This document shows, in pieces, positions 26,670-35,275 of a stretch of 64,000 nt of DNA (positions are counted from its first letter, which is position 1; each line of letters starts with the position of its first letter). The stretch comes from a virus. The position numbers and the translations under genes are program-made. Location of the stretch: IMG/VR virus record IMGVR_UViG_3300023174_000062; one strand, given 5' to 3'. The notes beneath the pieces were generated by a model. It was not told where the DNA came from and searched no databases. It saw only the letters and a list, made by a program, of their open reading frames with translations.

Positions 26670-27200
26670 TTACCCTCTGTCGAATACAGAGTCTGGATCG
26701 GCTTCTGCAAATCTTGCAGACTTTCCGGTTGTAGGCTTTGATGAAGTTGTTGCACCAAAGCCAGACGTTGACGCTCCAAAGCCTGAACTGCTACCAAAGC
26801 CGCTTGTTGGTGCTGGTGAATTAAAGTTACTGGATCCCCCGAATCCTCCTGCTGACGGAGAGCCATATGTTGTTGTGACGCTTTGTCCCAAGGGTTGCAT
26901 TCCGCCATTGTTTGCTCCTGCTAGTTTTTCTTGTGTACGTCCGAAAGCCGCAACACCAATAATAGCACCCATAGAGAGGTGAAATAAACCTGCGCCTTGC
27001 AAGGTGATGGGTTGCCATGCAGTCACAGGTTGTTTCAATACGGCTTGTAAAATGCTCCACAAAATAGGAAAGATAATGAAGTCAGTCACACAGGTTAACA
27101 TATAAATCCAACCCATCATCGGACGCCATTTAGAATTCATCCAATCTTCTTTTTTCTTTTCACTTTCACTCAATCTTGCGTATTCTTTAGCGGTTGTCAT
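26670..27200 (-). CDS. 3TM-type (GTA-release family) holin-like protein
   Basis: WRPMMGWIY, hydrophobic helices, GVAAFGRTQEK. Confidence 0.75.
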   Translation of the reverse strand: MTTAKEYARLSESEKKKEDWMNSKWRPMMGWIYMLTCVTDFIIFPILWSILQAVLKQPVTAWQPITLQGAGLFHLSMGAIIGVAAFGRTQEKLAGANNGGMQPLGQSVTTTYGSPSAGGFGGSSNFNSPAPTSGFGSSSGFGASTSGFGATTSSKPTTGKSARFAEADPDSVFDRG

Positions 27201-27392
27201 TTATCGTTTTCCTCTTTGTTGTGCTTGTAATTGATGTTGTTGATTCATGTCTTCTATATGTTGAGACAATAACATAATATACAATTCACGTTCAAAGGGC
27301 ATCATGTTCTCTAATGTTTCCAAGTCATATTTATGATGTTGCATTAGAGAAAAGTTAGTCTGATAGTAAGTCGCTAAACTTTCTCCTCCCAT
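27201..27392 (-). CDS. gp51: baseplate hub assembly protein
   Basis: YYQTNFSLMQHHKY...LENMMPFERELYI; follows gp26. Confidence 0.85.
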   Translation of the reverse strand: MGGESLATYYQTNFSLMQHHKYDLETLENMMPFERELYIMLLSQHIEDMNQQHQLQAQQRGKR

Positions 27393-28138
27393 CAGAACCC
27401 GAAAAAATTCTGCAACCCCTCCATTGTGATCTCATCATCACAATTACATTTTTTGCAAGTCCATGTTACTTTGTGTTTTAGTTTTGGCATTAACTCAAAG
27501 AACTTTGTTAGTTTCAAGTATTGATCTTGATTCAAGTTTTCAATAAACTCTAACAATTCTTTCTTTGTGTAATCTTCTTTTTTGTATACATTTTCATTAT
27601 CAAAGATGTATTCAATACTGTTGATGATAGCATCTGTTGCAATATCCATCTGATTCTTACCCTCAACACCTTTGCTGGCTTCAATCGCCATTGTAACGTT
27701 AGGGTATTTCAATTTAATACCGATGCCAGTTTCTTCATCTAGCACGATTTTGTCTGTGTGACCTTCAGACTTAAGGACTTCAACTTCTAATAAATTTAAT
27801 TTTGAGTCTGTAATTCCATCACATTCTTCAACGTTAGAATTTGATCCTGTTGGATGACGCAATTTCAAATCGATTGTTTCACCGATTGATTTTGCTCTGA
27901 GTCTCATAAAGAAGTACTCTAAGTCAAATGTTGGAATTTCATCCGGATTGATCTTATCGATAGCACAATTGTTGACAATCTGTTTAATTGCTAACAAAAC
28001 TGCTTTTTGATCTTCTGATTCCATTGCAAGCAAAAGAATTTTTTGTTCCTTTACTAAGAATGGACGATATTTAACAGTTGCTCCTGTTGATGGTAAAGTC
28101 AATTCAAATATTGGATTGCTAATTTTTGGTAAAGCCAT
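27392..28138 (-). CDS. gp26: baseplate hub subunit / assembly chaperone
   Basis: MALPK, YRPFLVKEQKILL, FDLEY.F..LRAKSIGE, MPKL, GLQNFF. Confidence 0.92.
   Translation of the reverse strand: MALPKISNPIFELTLPSTGATVKYRPFLVKEQKILLLAMESEDQKAVLLAIKQIVNNCAIDKINPDEIPTFDLEYFFMRLRAKSIGETIDLKLRHPTGSNSNVEECDGITDSKLNLLEVEVLKSEGHTDKIVLDEETGIGIKLKYPNVTMAIEASKGVEGKNQMDIATDAIINSIEYIFDNENVYKKEDYTKKELLEFIENLNQDQYLKLTKFFELMPKLKHKVTWTCKKCNCDDEITMEGLQNFFGF
27401..27422 (-). promoter_or_regulatory. putative -1 programmed ribosomal frameshift signal
   Basis: Minus strand GGAGG-10 nt-T TTT TTC; the -1 frame runs open into the gp51 ATG. Confidence 0.6.
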
Positions 28139-28169
28139 AGTATTTCTCCGGTAGTTATATTAAAAAAAT

Positions 28170-28727
28170 TTACTTGTACGTATGATATCTATACGCAAGT
28201 GTCACGCCAAATCGCTGATACGTGTTAATCTCTTCCCATGTTGCATTCATGGGTGTAATTGCAATAGGATAAACGTGATAACATGTGTATGTTATTGCAG
28301 GTACTCCATCATCAGTAAGTTGAGAAACCTCAAGTGTGTTTCCCAAAGCATATTCAGAATAGAATGCAACAGTTCCAGCATTTTCAACATCACCAGGTTT
28401 AACAATAAAGTCTATCCATTTCTCAAAGAATTTACGCTCTTCCATTTTTTCAGAACAAATGATAGACAACTGAATGTCATTGTAAGTTGTATCATATGGA
28501 AGTTTTAATGATGTTCCTGATCCAATATCATCTGTAGTAGCAATTGTTCTTCCTGGTATTTCTGCTTTTTCGCATCTAAATTCGAATGTACTTGCTATTG
28601 TAGATAGTTGCGGTTGATCTTCTCTACCAGATGTGCTAGCCAGATTTAGTTTAACTCTAAAGTTATTTGGTCTAAGAAGTTTTCCTAATGATGCTCTTAA
28701 ATTTTTTATTGAATAGTTTTCTGCCAT
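28170..28727 (-). CDS. tail-tube-fold protein (gp54/gp19-like)
   Basis: RPNNFRV, CEKAEIPGRT, FFEKWID, YPIAI, VTLAYRY. Confidence 0.75.
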   Translation of the reverse strand: MAENYSIKNLRASLGKLLRPNNFRVKLNLASTSGREDQPQLSTIASTFEFRCEKAEIPGRTIATTDDIGSGTSLKLPYDTTYNDIQLSIICSEKMEERKFFEKWIDFIVKPGDVENAGTVAFYSEYALGNTLEVSQLTDDGVPAITYTCYHVYPIAITPMNATWEEINTYQRFGVTLAYRYHTYK

Positions 28728-28728
28728 T

Positions 28729-29325
28729 TTATGACTTTCCTAATTGTTTGCGAGACTCTTCCCAAACACGTCCTGTGTCTGCTTTTCTGAAAGATTCAGT
28801 TGGTAAAAAAATAGCCATATCCCATTCGTTTACTTGTATCTCTAAGAATTGTGAACGCACATGACTTCTTAGATATTTCTTTAGCATTGGTTTAAAGTAT
28901 CTGTACTTAGATGCAGATTGTAAGATAGAGTATGAAATTCTAACTTTTGTAGTGTCATCATATTTTTTATTTGTTAATGTCGAATACAGCGCATTCATTA
29001 ATTTAGCACGTAACACAGGAGGCAAATAATGAAAGTTGATTCCTAAGAATCCATCAGAGTCCATTCGTACAGGAAAGATTAACGGAAATGTATCGTAGTA
29101 CGGCAATTCTTTTTTCATCTTTGGATCGTACTTGAATGCGTACATGTACCCATATTCCATAGTAGCAACTTTTCTTGCTTCATCTGTTCGTTTCTCAAAC
29201 ACTCCAGGAGTTATGTTTGAAGTTAATTTGCCAGCCGCAGACCTGTACCACTCCCTTGCCGCAACTGTTCTTGCAGGAATGATGCCTTGGCGTGCGCCTT
29301 GAATGAGTATGTTATCGAATATCAT
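28729..29325 (-). CDS. gp2: DNA end protector protein
   Basis: YDPKMKKELPYYDTFPL, GINFHYLPP, KKYL, FLPTESF. Confidence 0.92.
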   Translation of the reverse strand: MIFDNILIQGARQGIIPARTVAAREWYRSAAGKLTSNITPGVFEKRTDEARKVATMEYGYMYAFKYDPKMKKELPYYDTFPLIFPVRMDSDGFLGINFHYLPPVLRAKLMNALYSTLTNKKYDDTTKVRISYSILQSASKYRYFKPMLKKYLRSHVRSQFLEIQVNEWDMAIFLPTESFRKADTGRVWEESRKQLGKS

Positions 29326-29332
29326 CTTCTAT

Positions 29333-29776
29333 TTATCTCAAATCTTTGTCAGTTATGATTTTAAATTCCCAATTTCTTTCAATTGAGTACTTTGTTGCCG
29401 CTTCCCATTTCGCTTGATTGACACCCCATGTCATCACTTCATTGATGAATCTTCTAGTTGGTTTACCATTCGGTGTGTTTTTTCTAACAGGTGGACGTGT
29501 TTGTATATCTGGCTTGACTTCAATTAAAACAGTTTTTGTATTGCCATTCTTGTCTACGTATTTCATCCAAAAATCAACAAAGTATCTGTGATATCGATTG
29601 TCAACAGGTGACACATAAGGCACAACAACTTCTTCAGAAGACCATTCAAGTATAGATGGAGTTTCATCACAATATACCATGAATCTACGTTCTAGCAGAC
29701 TACGATATACAATATTAGTTGGGTTACCTTTGTACTTTTGATAGTTTTTAGGCTTAAATTTACCTTTGTATGACAT
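29333..29776 (-). CDS. gp4: head completion protein (TnsA-like nuclease fold)
   Basis: YKGKFKPKN..KYKG, YRSLLE, WSSEE, HRYFVDF, IEVKP, VNQAKW. Confidence 0.93.
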   Translation of the reverse strand: MSYKGKFKPKNYQKYKGNPTNIVYRSLLERRFMVYCDETPSILEWSSEEVVVPYVSPVDNRYHRYFVDFWMKYVDKNGNTKTVLIEVKPDIQTRPPVRKNTPNGKPTRRFINEVMTWGVNQAKWEAATKYSIERNWEFKIITDKDLR

Positions 29777-29781
29777 AAATA
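29774..29781 (+). promoter_or_regulatory. T4-type late promoter (variant) for the gp48 operon
   Basis: CATAAATA, overlapping the gp4 start codon on the opposite strand. Confidence 0.6.
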
Positions 29782-29812
29782 GAATAATAGAATTTAATAA
29801 GGAACTAAAAAT

Positions 29813-30871
29813 ATGGCCACCTCTACGCCATTTGCTTTAAACACAAACACAGGACCATATCCAGTATCTCAACTTCAAATTTTTGGTTCTGATTATGGGC
29901 ATTCCAACTTTGTAACTCCCATGGCTAGATTTGAATTTTTTGATAGTTTCGGATCGGGTAGAGCACCTTCATCACCAATCATATTTATACGTATGGCAGG
30001 ATCGTTTCAAAGCGCACTTCAAAACGGATATTCAGAGAGTGCAAATATTTTTGGAACACCAAATAACGAAGGCAAGATAGACTTTGCATATGCTACTGTT
30101 AAAGGTGGAGTTGATGCACTTTTGAAACAAGCAGTTGGTGCCGCTGGCACCGCAGGTGGTTTTATTGGTTCTGCTGGTTTGTCGGGAAAAGCACAATATG
30201 AATTTATGACAAGAAAAGTTTTGAATACATTTCAACAACTAATCTATCAAGGTCCAACATTTAGAAGATTTACTTTACCGTTTGTAATGAAACCAACAAG
30301 TTTAAAAGAAGCAGAAACAATGATAAATATCATTAAAACGTTTAGGATTGCATCATCACCTAAAGGAGCAAGAGATTCAACTTCACTTGAAATTGAAGGT
30401 AAAACATCTTCTTCAGCAAAGAGCGATGGTAGTCAAAGTGTCGAACAGCGAGATGAAGAAGCAAAAAAAGATGCCGCATTGATTTCACAAGAGGATATAA
30501 ACAAACTTTTCGGTGATGGTGGTGAAGTTAACAGAACACTAGGTGATTCAAATAGAACATTTACTTTTGGATATCCAGACATGTGCAAATTTCAAATCAT
30601 ACTTCAAGATCCAAAGACAAACAAAGCCGATGGCGGTATTGCTGAAGTTTTTGGTAGTGAGTACTGTGTCATAGAAAACGTACAAGTTGATTATGGATCA
30701 CAAAATAAAATGGTTTTCTTTTCTTCGGCCGGTACTGGTGGTAAATATTATCCATCAGAAGTTACTTTGTCTATCGGTTTAAGAGAAACAACATTGCCAC
30801 TTGCAGGACAAATTTCATCTGGACAGGAAGGCAGCGAATTCGGCGTTCCGGGAACTAGGACAATTTTCTAA
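29813..30871 (+). CDS. gp48: baseplate tail-tube cap
   Basis: YQGPTFRRFTLPFVMKPTSLKEA..IIKTFR, YPD, CVIENVQVDY; divergent from gp4. Confidence 0.8.
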   Translation: MATSTPFALNTNTGPYPVSQLQIFGSDYGHSNFVTPMARFEFFDSFGSGRAPSSPIIFIRMAGSFQSALQNGYSESANIFGTPNNEGKIDFAYATVKGGVDALLKQAVGAAGTAGGFIGSAGLSGKAQYEFMTRKVLNTFQQLIYQGPTFRRFTLPFVMKPTSLKEAETMINIIKTFRIASSPKGARDSTSLEIEGKTSSSAKSDGSQSVEQRDEEAKKDAALISQEDINKLFGDGGEVNRTLGDSNRTFTFGYPDMCKFQIILQDPKTNKADGGIAEVFGSEYCVIENVQVDYGSQNKMVFFSSAGTGGKYYPSEVTLSIGLRETTLPLAGQISSGQEGSEFGVPGTRTIF

Positions 30872-31401
30872 TGAGCATATTCACATACTACCCCAAAGTC
30901 GCTTATAAGATAGATGACCACAACTATCTAAAAGCAATTGATATTAATGTTGTGTCAAAAGTAAAAGACTATATTACACAATATAGATCGATTGGATACA
31001 CGCCATACGTTGTGCAGGACGGAGAAAGTCCTGACTACATTTCATACAAAATTTATGGTAATCCAGGATACGATTGGATCATCATGCTGACAAATAATGT
31101 GCATAGCATTTATGATGATTGGCCAAAGAACTCAGAAATATTTAAAAACTATATTATTGAAAAATATGGTAGCATTGCGGCCGCATTAGCAACACCAAAA
31201 TACTACTACGACAGTTACGGAAACATCATAGACTTTATTGAATATACAAATTTACCACCCAATAGAAGAAGTGCTGAAACTGCATATGAGTGGGAATTAA
31301 GATTGAACACAAATAAATCTAAAATCAAAATTTTAAATCCAAGTATGGTAAGCACACTAGAATCAGGATTAAGATCCACCTTAAGCAAACCGATTGTATA
31401 A
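30871..31401 (+). CDS. gp53: baseplate wedge subunit
   Basis: DGESPDYISYKIYG...DWIIMLTN...DWP...KYGS. Confidence 0.9.
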   Translation: MSIFTYYPKVAYKIDDHNYLKAIDINVVSKVKDYITQYRSIGYTPYVVQDGESPDYISYKIYGNPGYDWIIMLTNNVHSIYDDWPKNSEIFKNYIIEKYGSIAAALATPKYYYDSYGNIIDFIEYTNLPPNRRSAETAYEWELRLNTNKSKIKILNPSMVSTLESGLRSTLSKPIV

Positions 31402-31404
31402 TAT

Positions 31405-32844
31405 ATGAGCGAATATTACACTCTGCCGTATCCATTCGGAAAAACAATAGATGATGTTGGATTCGAAAAAGCGAATTTATCATTAAATACAAAAGATAGA
31501 GTACCAAAAGCAATTGGAGGAAGTTTTGTAATTAATCAATTGTCTATTGAGACAAGACAAGGTTTACAGATATCTTTATTAGAAGCATTTGAAAGTTTAG
31601 ACATTGAAGAAAATATATTCTCATCTGCAATTGTTGGATCAGTCACTTTGACTGATCTTGGCGGTGGTATAGAAAAGTTTCAACTTCAAGGTGGCGAAAA
31701 ATTACTGATACAATTTGCTAAACCAAACACGAATGAAATTTTGATTTGGCGTGAAGATTTAATTATCAATAAGATTGGCGCACACACAGTTAATATGGAC
31801 AGCCTCGGTGCAAGATATTTACTCTATTTTTCATCTAGAAGTTTTGTAAATTCAATGAAAAAGAATTTATATAAGAGTTATAAGAACATGTCTATTGCGG
31901 CCGCTGTTCGTTCTATTTTTAGTGAAATGTCTTCAAATGATTTGATGTTAGAAGACCCAAAGATAACAATAAATAATCCTTTCATATCTACAGGATTAAT
32001 GCCGCATAAAGCGATTGAAGCATTAGCACAAAGGTCTTGTTCTAAATCAAAATTCTTTTTGTTCTTTGAGAGATTTTTTCCTGTAGTTGGAACATATGCC
32101 GATGGTAAACCATTCGCATCGACACATTTTTTTGGAAGTTACGATAAGTTAGTAGAAGATTCTAACATAGGCGGTGTTCATAATGTAATTTATAGTCCAA
32201 ATGATGACGCTAAAATAGAACCAAGTTATATTCGAACTAAGAGACTAACAAAAAAAGATAACTTCAATCATTTGGAGATGATGCTATTTGGACATTACAA
32301 TACCACAATCACATCTCTTGATCCAATCAAAAGGAATTCTACAGTAACTAATATTGGATATTCAAGAGAAGACAATGACACTAAAGATTTTTATACAAAC
32401 AAACTTATAGATAAAAATAACATTTTTAACACCTACAATAATAATGATGGGGAAACTCCAGGAAGAAAATTAATATTCTCTTCTTCATATTTCAATGATC
32501 CTATTCAAAGAAGTTCTTGGCTGAAAGATAATATCTTTGGTAGTTTATCAAAAAGCATGTTTAAGGTAGAAGTTGATATTCAAGGTGCGACAAACAATAT
32601 TGGCGCTGGACATATTGTCAACCTTGTAATTCCCAGTTCGCTAGATAAAAAAATGTTACCTGGACAATCAAATCTTCTTACCGATGAATATCATAGTGGC
32701 AGATATTTTGTGTCTGGAGTTAAACATAATATCACACTCACATCATATATCAAAAGATTAGAATTATCAAGAGGTTCAATTCCTATGGATTTTAATAAAA
32801 ATGATTTGACAGCAAAAGATTTGTCGGAACTAAGATACATTTAA
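31405..32844 (+). CDS. baseplate hub protein (gp27-like)
   Basis: ENIFSSAIVGSVTLTD...GGEKL; SGRYFVSGVKH; lies between gp53 and gp5. Confidence 0.7.
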   Translation: MSEYYTLPYPFGKTIDDVGFEKANLSLNTKDRVPKAIGGSFVINQLSIETRQGLQISLLEAFESLDIEENIFSSAIVGSVTLTDLGGGIEKFQLQGGEKLLIQFAKPNTNEILIWREDLIINKIGAHTVNMDSLGARYLLYFSSRSFVNSMKKNLYKSYKNMSIAAAVRSIFSEMSSNDLMLEDPKITINNPFISTGLMPHKAIEALAQRSCSKSKFFLFFERFFPVVGTYADGKPFASTHFFGSYDKLVEDSNIGGVHNVIYSPNDDAKIEPSYIRTKRLTKKDNFNHLEMMLFGHYNTTITSLDPIKRNSTVTNIGYSREDNDTKDFYTNKLIDKNNIFNTYNNNDGETPGRKLIFSSSYFNDPIQRSSWLKDNIFGSLSKSMFKVEVDIQGATNNIGAGHIVNLVIPSSLDKKMLPGQSNLLTDEYHSGRYFVSGVKHNITLTSYIKRLELSRGSIPMDFNKNDLTAKDLSELRYI

Positions 32845-32860
32845 CTAAAGGTTATTTCAA

Positions 32861-33817
32861 ATGAGTTTAAAAATTAAATTCTCAGAATTTTTAGAGTTGA
32901 AAGACTACAAGGCGTATGAACTTGTAGAAAAACAAATTCTATACAACAATGGCAAAAAATATGGACAAATTGTCTTTCTTGCTGGTGGTGCAGGTTCGGG
33001 TAAAGGTTTTGCAATTCAACATTTCATGCAAGGGTCTGACTTTAAAATCCGTGACGTTGACGAAATGAAAATTGCGTTTCAGAAGTTAGATGCACTTGGC
33101 AAATTCACGACTCAAGATTTACTCGACAAATATGGCGATAAAATTTCTCAGAAAGATAAAGACCTAATTCAAAAAGAATTAATTGATGCGAATGTAAAGA
33201 TGAGTGAATTGAATCTTAAGACTCCAACTCATGTTTATATTCTACACATTCTTGTTCGTGCTACTGGCGCAAAAGACAAAACGTTAGACTTGTTGCTTGC
33301 TGGCGCTGAAAAGGGGCAGTTACCAAATCTTATTTTCGACAGCACATTCAAAGAAGTTGAAGACATGACAAATGTTTTACCAAAATTGTTTGCCGCTGGA
33401 TATCAACCAAAAGACATTCATGTATCTTGGGTTCTGACTAACTATCAGATTGCAATAACAAATAATAAAAAAAGAGCAAGAGTTGTGCCAGAAGATATTT
33501 TACTTGCTACTCACGCAGGTGCGGCACAGACTGTATATGCTTTAGTGACAAAAGCAATGCCACCAGAAGTGCAAGGTGGTGTTTATGTCATCCTAAATAA
33601 TCCAGAGAATACAATTTTCATTGTCGATCCAAAAACAAATAAAGCATACAAAGACAAGAAAGGTAATCCTGTTATTAAAGATTTTAAATATTTGACTCTT
33701 AAAGAACCAGGAAAACCAGCAAAGACAGAACTTGATGTAAAAAAACAATTGCTAACATGGATACGTGATAACGTTCCTCCTGGTGCAGTAGATACATCAG
33801 AATTGGACAGACTATGA
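32861..33817 (+). CDS. P-loop kinase (zeta-toxin/AAA_33-like), possible internal head protein
   Basis: FLAGGAGSGKG Walker A, DVD, LIFDST, RARVVP; N-terminal KFSEFLE. Confidence 0.7.
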   Translation: MSLKIKFSEFLELKDYKAYELVEKQILYNNGKKYGQIVFLAGGAGSGKGFAIQHFMQGSDFKIRDVDEMKIAFQKLDALGKFTTQDLLDKYGDKISQKDKDLIQKELIDANVKMSELNLKTPTHVYILHILVRATGAKDKTLDLLLAGAEKGQLPNLIFDSTFKEVEDMTNVLPKLFAAGYQPKDIHVSWVLTNYQIAITNNKKRARVVPEDILLATHAGAAQTVYALVTKAMPPEVQGGVYVILNNPENTIFIVDPKTNKAYKDKKGNPVIKDFKYLTLKEPGKPAKTELDVKKQLLTWIRDNVPPGAVDTSELDRL

Positions 33818-34044
33818 AATTTAAAGAGTTTATTAAAGGCACTACACTCTCACAAGAAGAGTGGGAAGAAGAAGTTTTTGGTGCAGAATTAACTGAAGTA
33901 CTTAAACAAGTTGATGGCAAATGGGCGTTAGTTTCTAAAAAGACAGGCAAGCCATTGCGTTACTACAAAGGTGAAGGTAAACCATCAGATGAATGGGTTA
34001 CAAACCAAGAGAGACAAATTCAATACTTTAAACACTTGGGATAA
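33814..34044 (+). CDS. small putative internal head protein
   Basis: MKFKEFI N-terminus; acidic leader ending ELTE. Confidence 0.6.
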   Translation: MKFKEFIKGTTLSQEEWEEEVFGAELTEVLKQVDGKWALVSKKTGKPLRYYKGEGKPSDEWVTNQERQIQYFKHLG

Positions 34045-34047
34045 TTG

Positions 34048-34620
34048 ATGAAGAATTTTATTGGGCAAGATGGATTTGTTTGGTGGATTGGAATCGTTGA
34101 AAACATTGACGATCCATTGACGCTAGGCAGATGCAAAGTGAGATGCTTTGGATATCATCCAGCAAAGAAGGCTGGACTTATTCCAACTGAAGATTTACCT
34201 TGGACAACATCAATACATCCTGCGAATACACCAAATTTATATGGTGCACCTAAACTAGGTGATTGGGTTTTTGGATTCTTCTTAGATTCTTTATCTGCAC
34301 AAGAGCCAGCGATTCTTGGATACTTGCCAGCAATACCTGAAGCCGCATCGGAATATTTTGGTACTGCTCCAAGTATGACTAGAAACTTTGCGACTGTTAC
34401 TGAGAAGAATTCTGTTGTTTGGAATACAAATGATGATAAAATTACTATGTCAACAAATACTAATTTTAGACTTCATGGAAACACAGAATTGCGATTCTCC
34501 GACGGATTGAATAACACAACACTTAATGAATTGATTGAGAGAATAAAAGCATTGGAAGATAAGAACAAACTGCAAGACATTGAAATTGCTGTTGCTAAGA
34601 CCCTACCAGTGGCTCAATAA
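34048..34620 (+). CDS. gp5: baseplate central spike, short form (OB domain, no lysozyme)
   Basis: FVWWIGIVE..DDPLTLGRCKVRCFGYH, IPTEDLPW, GDWVFGFFLD...QEP.ILG. Confidence 0.88.
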   Translation: MKNFIGQDGFVWWIGIVENIDDPLTLGRCKVRCFGYHPAKKAGLIPTEDLPWTTSIHPANTPNLYGAPKLGDWVFGFFLDSLSAQEPAILGYLPAIPEAASEYFGTAPSMTRNFATVTEKNSVVWNTNDDKITMSTNTNFRLHGNTELRFSDGLNNTTLNELIERIKALEDKNKLQDIEIAVAKTLPVAQ

Positions 34621-34632
34621 GGTTAATATCAT

Positions 34633-34673
34633 AGGCTACACAGTAGTGTAACACTATGTCAAGCGAATGTCAA
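34633..34673 (-). promoter_or_regulatory. two overlapping antisense sigma70-type promoters
   Basis: Minus strand TTGACA-17-TACACT (34673-34645) and TTGACA-18-TAGCCT (34662-34633), both with extended -10 TG. Confidence 0.55.
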
Positions 34674-34691
34674 CATTTATAAGGAAATAAC

Positions 34692-34877
34692 ATGACGAAT
34701 CACGAAAATTTAGTAAATTTATTTGAATCATATCTTGCAGAGAATGCAAAGTTTGAGGAAAAAGGCAATAAAGCCGCTGGCACTAGAGCAAGAAAAGCAT
34801 TAGCAGAATTAAGTAAAGCAACAAAAGAACGCAGAAAAGAAATTCAAGATGCCAAAACGGCAGAACAAGCGACATAA
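34692..34877 (+). CDS. histone H1-like (Hc1 N-terminal domain type) small protein
   Basis: KGNKAAGTRARKAL motif; TAAGGA SD. Confidence 0.7.
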   Translation: MTNHENLVNLFESYLAENAKFEEKGNKAAGTRARKALAELSKATKERRKEIQDAKTAEQAT

Positions 34878-34890
34878 ATAAAAGAAAAAA

Positions 34891-35274
34891 ATGGCAGATA
34901 TCGCATTCTTCAAAGACTTAAGTTTAGATTTCACCCCACATCCGGTGAGTGGTGACGTTCGCCCTGTTATAAATGAAGTCGCAATCAAAAGATCAATAAT
35001 CAATTTGATTCGAACTAAAAAAGGAACTAGACCTTTTAATCCGTTTTATGGATGTAATTTAAGTGACTATCTTTTTGCATATGAGCCTGGTTTCACCGAA
35101 TTCAACATGAAAAAAGAAATAACTGACGCCATCTCAAGGCATGAGCCTAGAGTTATTGTTAATCAAATAGACGTTAAATATGAAGAATACGGAATCACAT
35201 TAAACATACAGTATATTATAAAGAACATTAATAGAGTAGGTTCTATCACAACATCGTTAGCAAGGGCGGCATAA
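34891..35274 (+). CDS. gp25: baseplate wedge subunit
   Basis: KDLSLDF..HPV, AIKRSIINL, RPFNP.YG, HEPRV; CATAAATA upstream at 34873. Confidence 0.93.
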   Translation: MADIAFFKDLSLDFTPHPVSGDVRPVINEVAIKRSIINLIRTKKGTRPFNPFYGCNLSDYLFAYEPGFTEFNMKKEITDAISRHEPRVIVNQIDVKYEEYGITLNIQYIIKNINRVGSITTSLARAA

Positions 35275-35275
35275 A

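Noticed and set aside
21246-26982. Plus-strand ORFs overlapping the tape-measure and holin genes
   Set aside because: Antisense shadows of long coding genes; they lie downstream of the gene 32 terminator and show no recognisable motifs.
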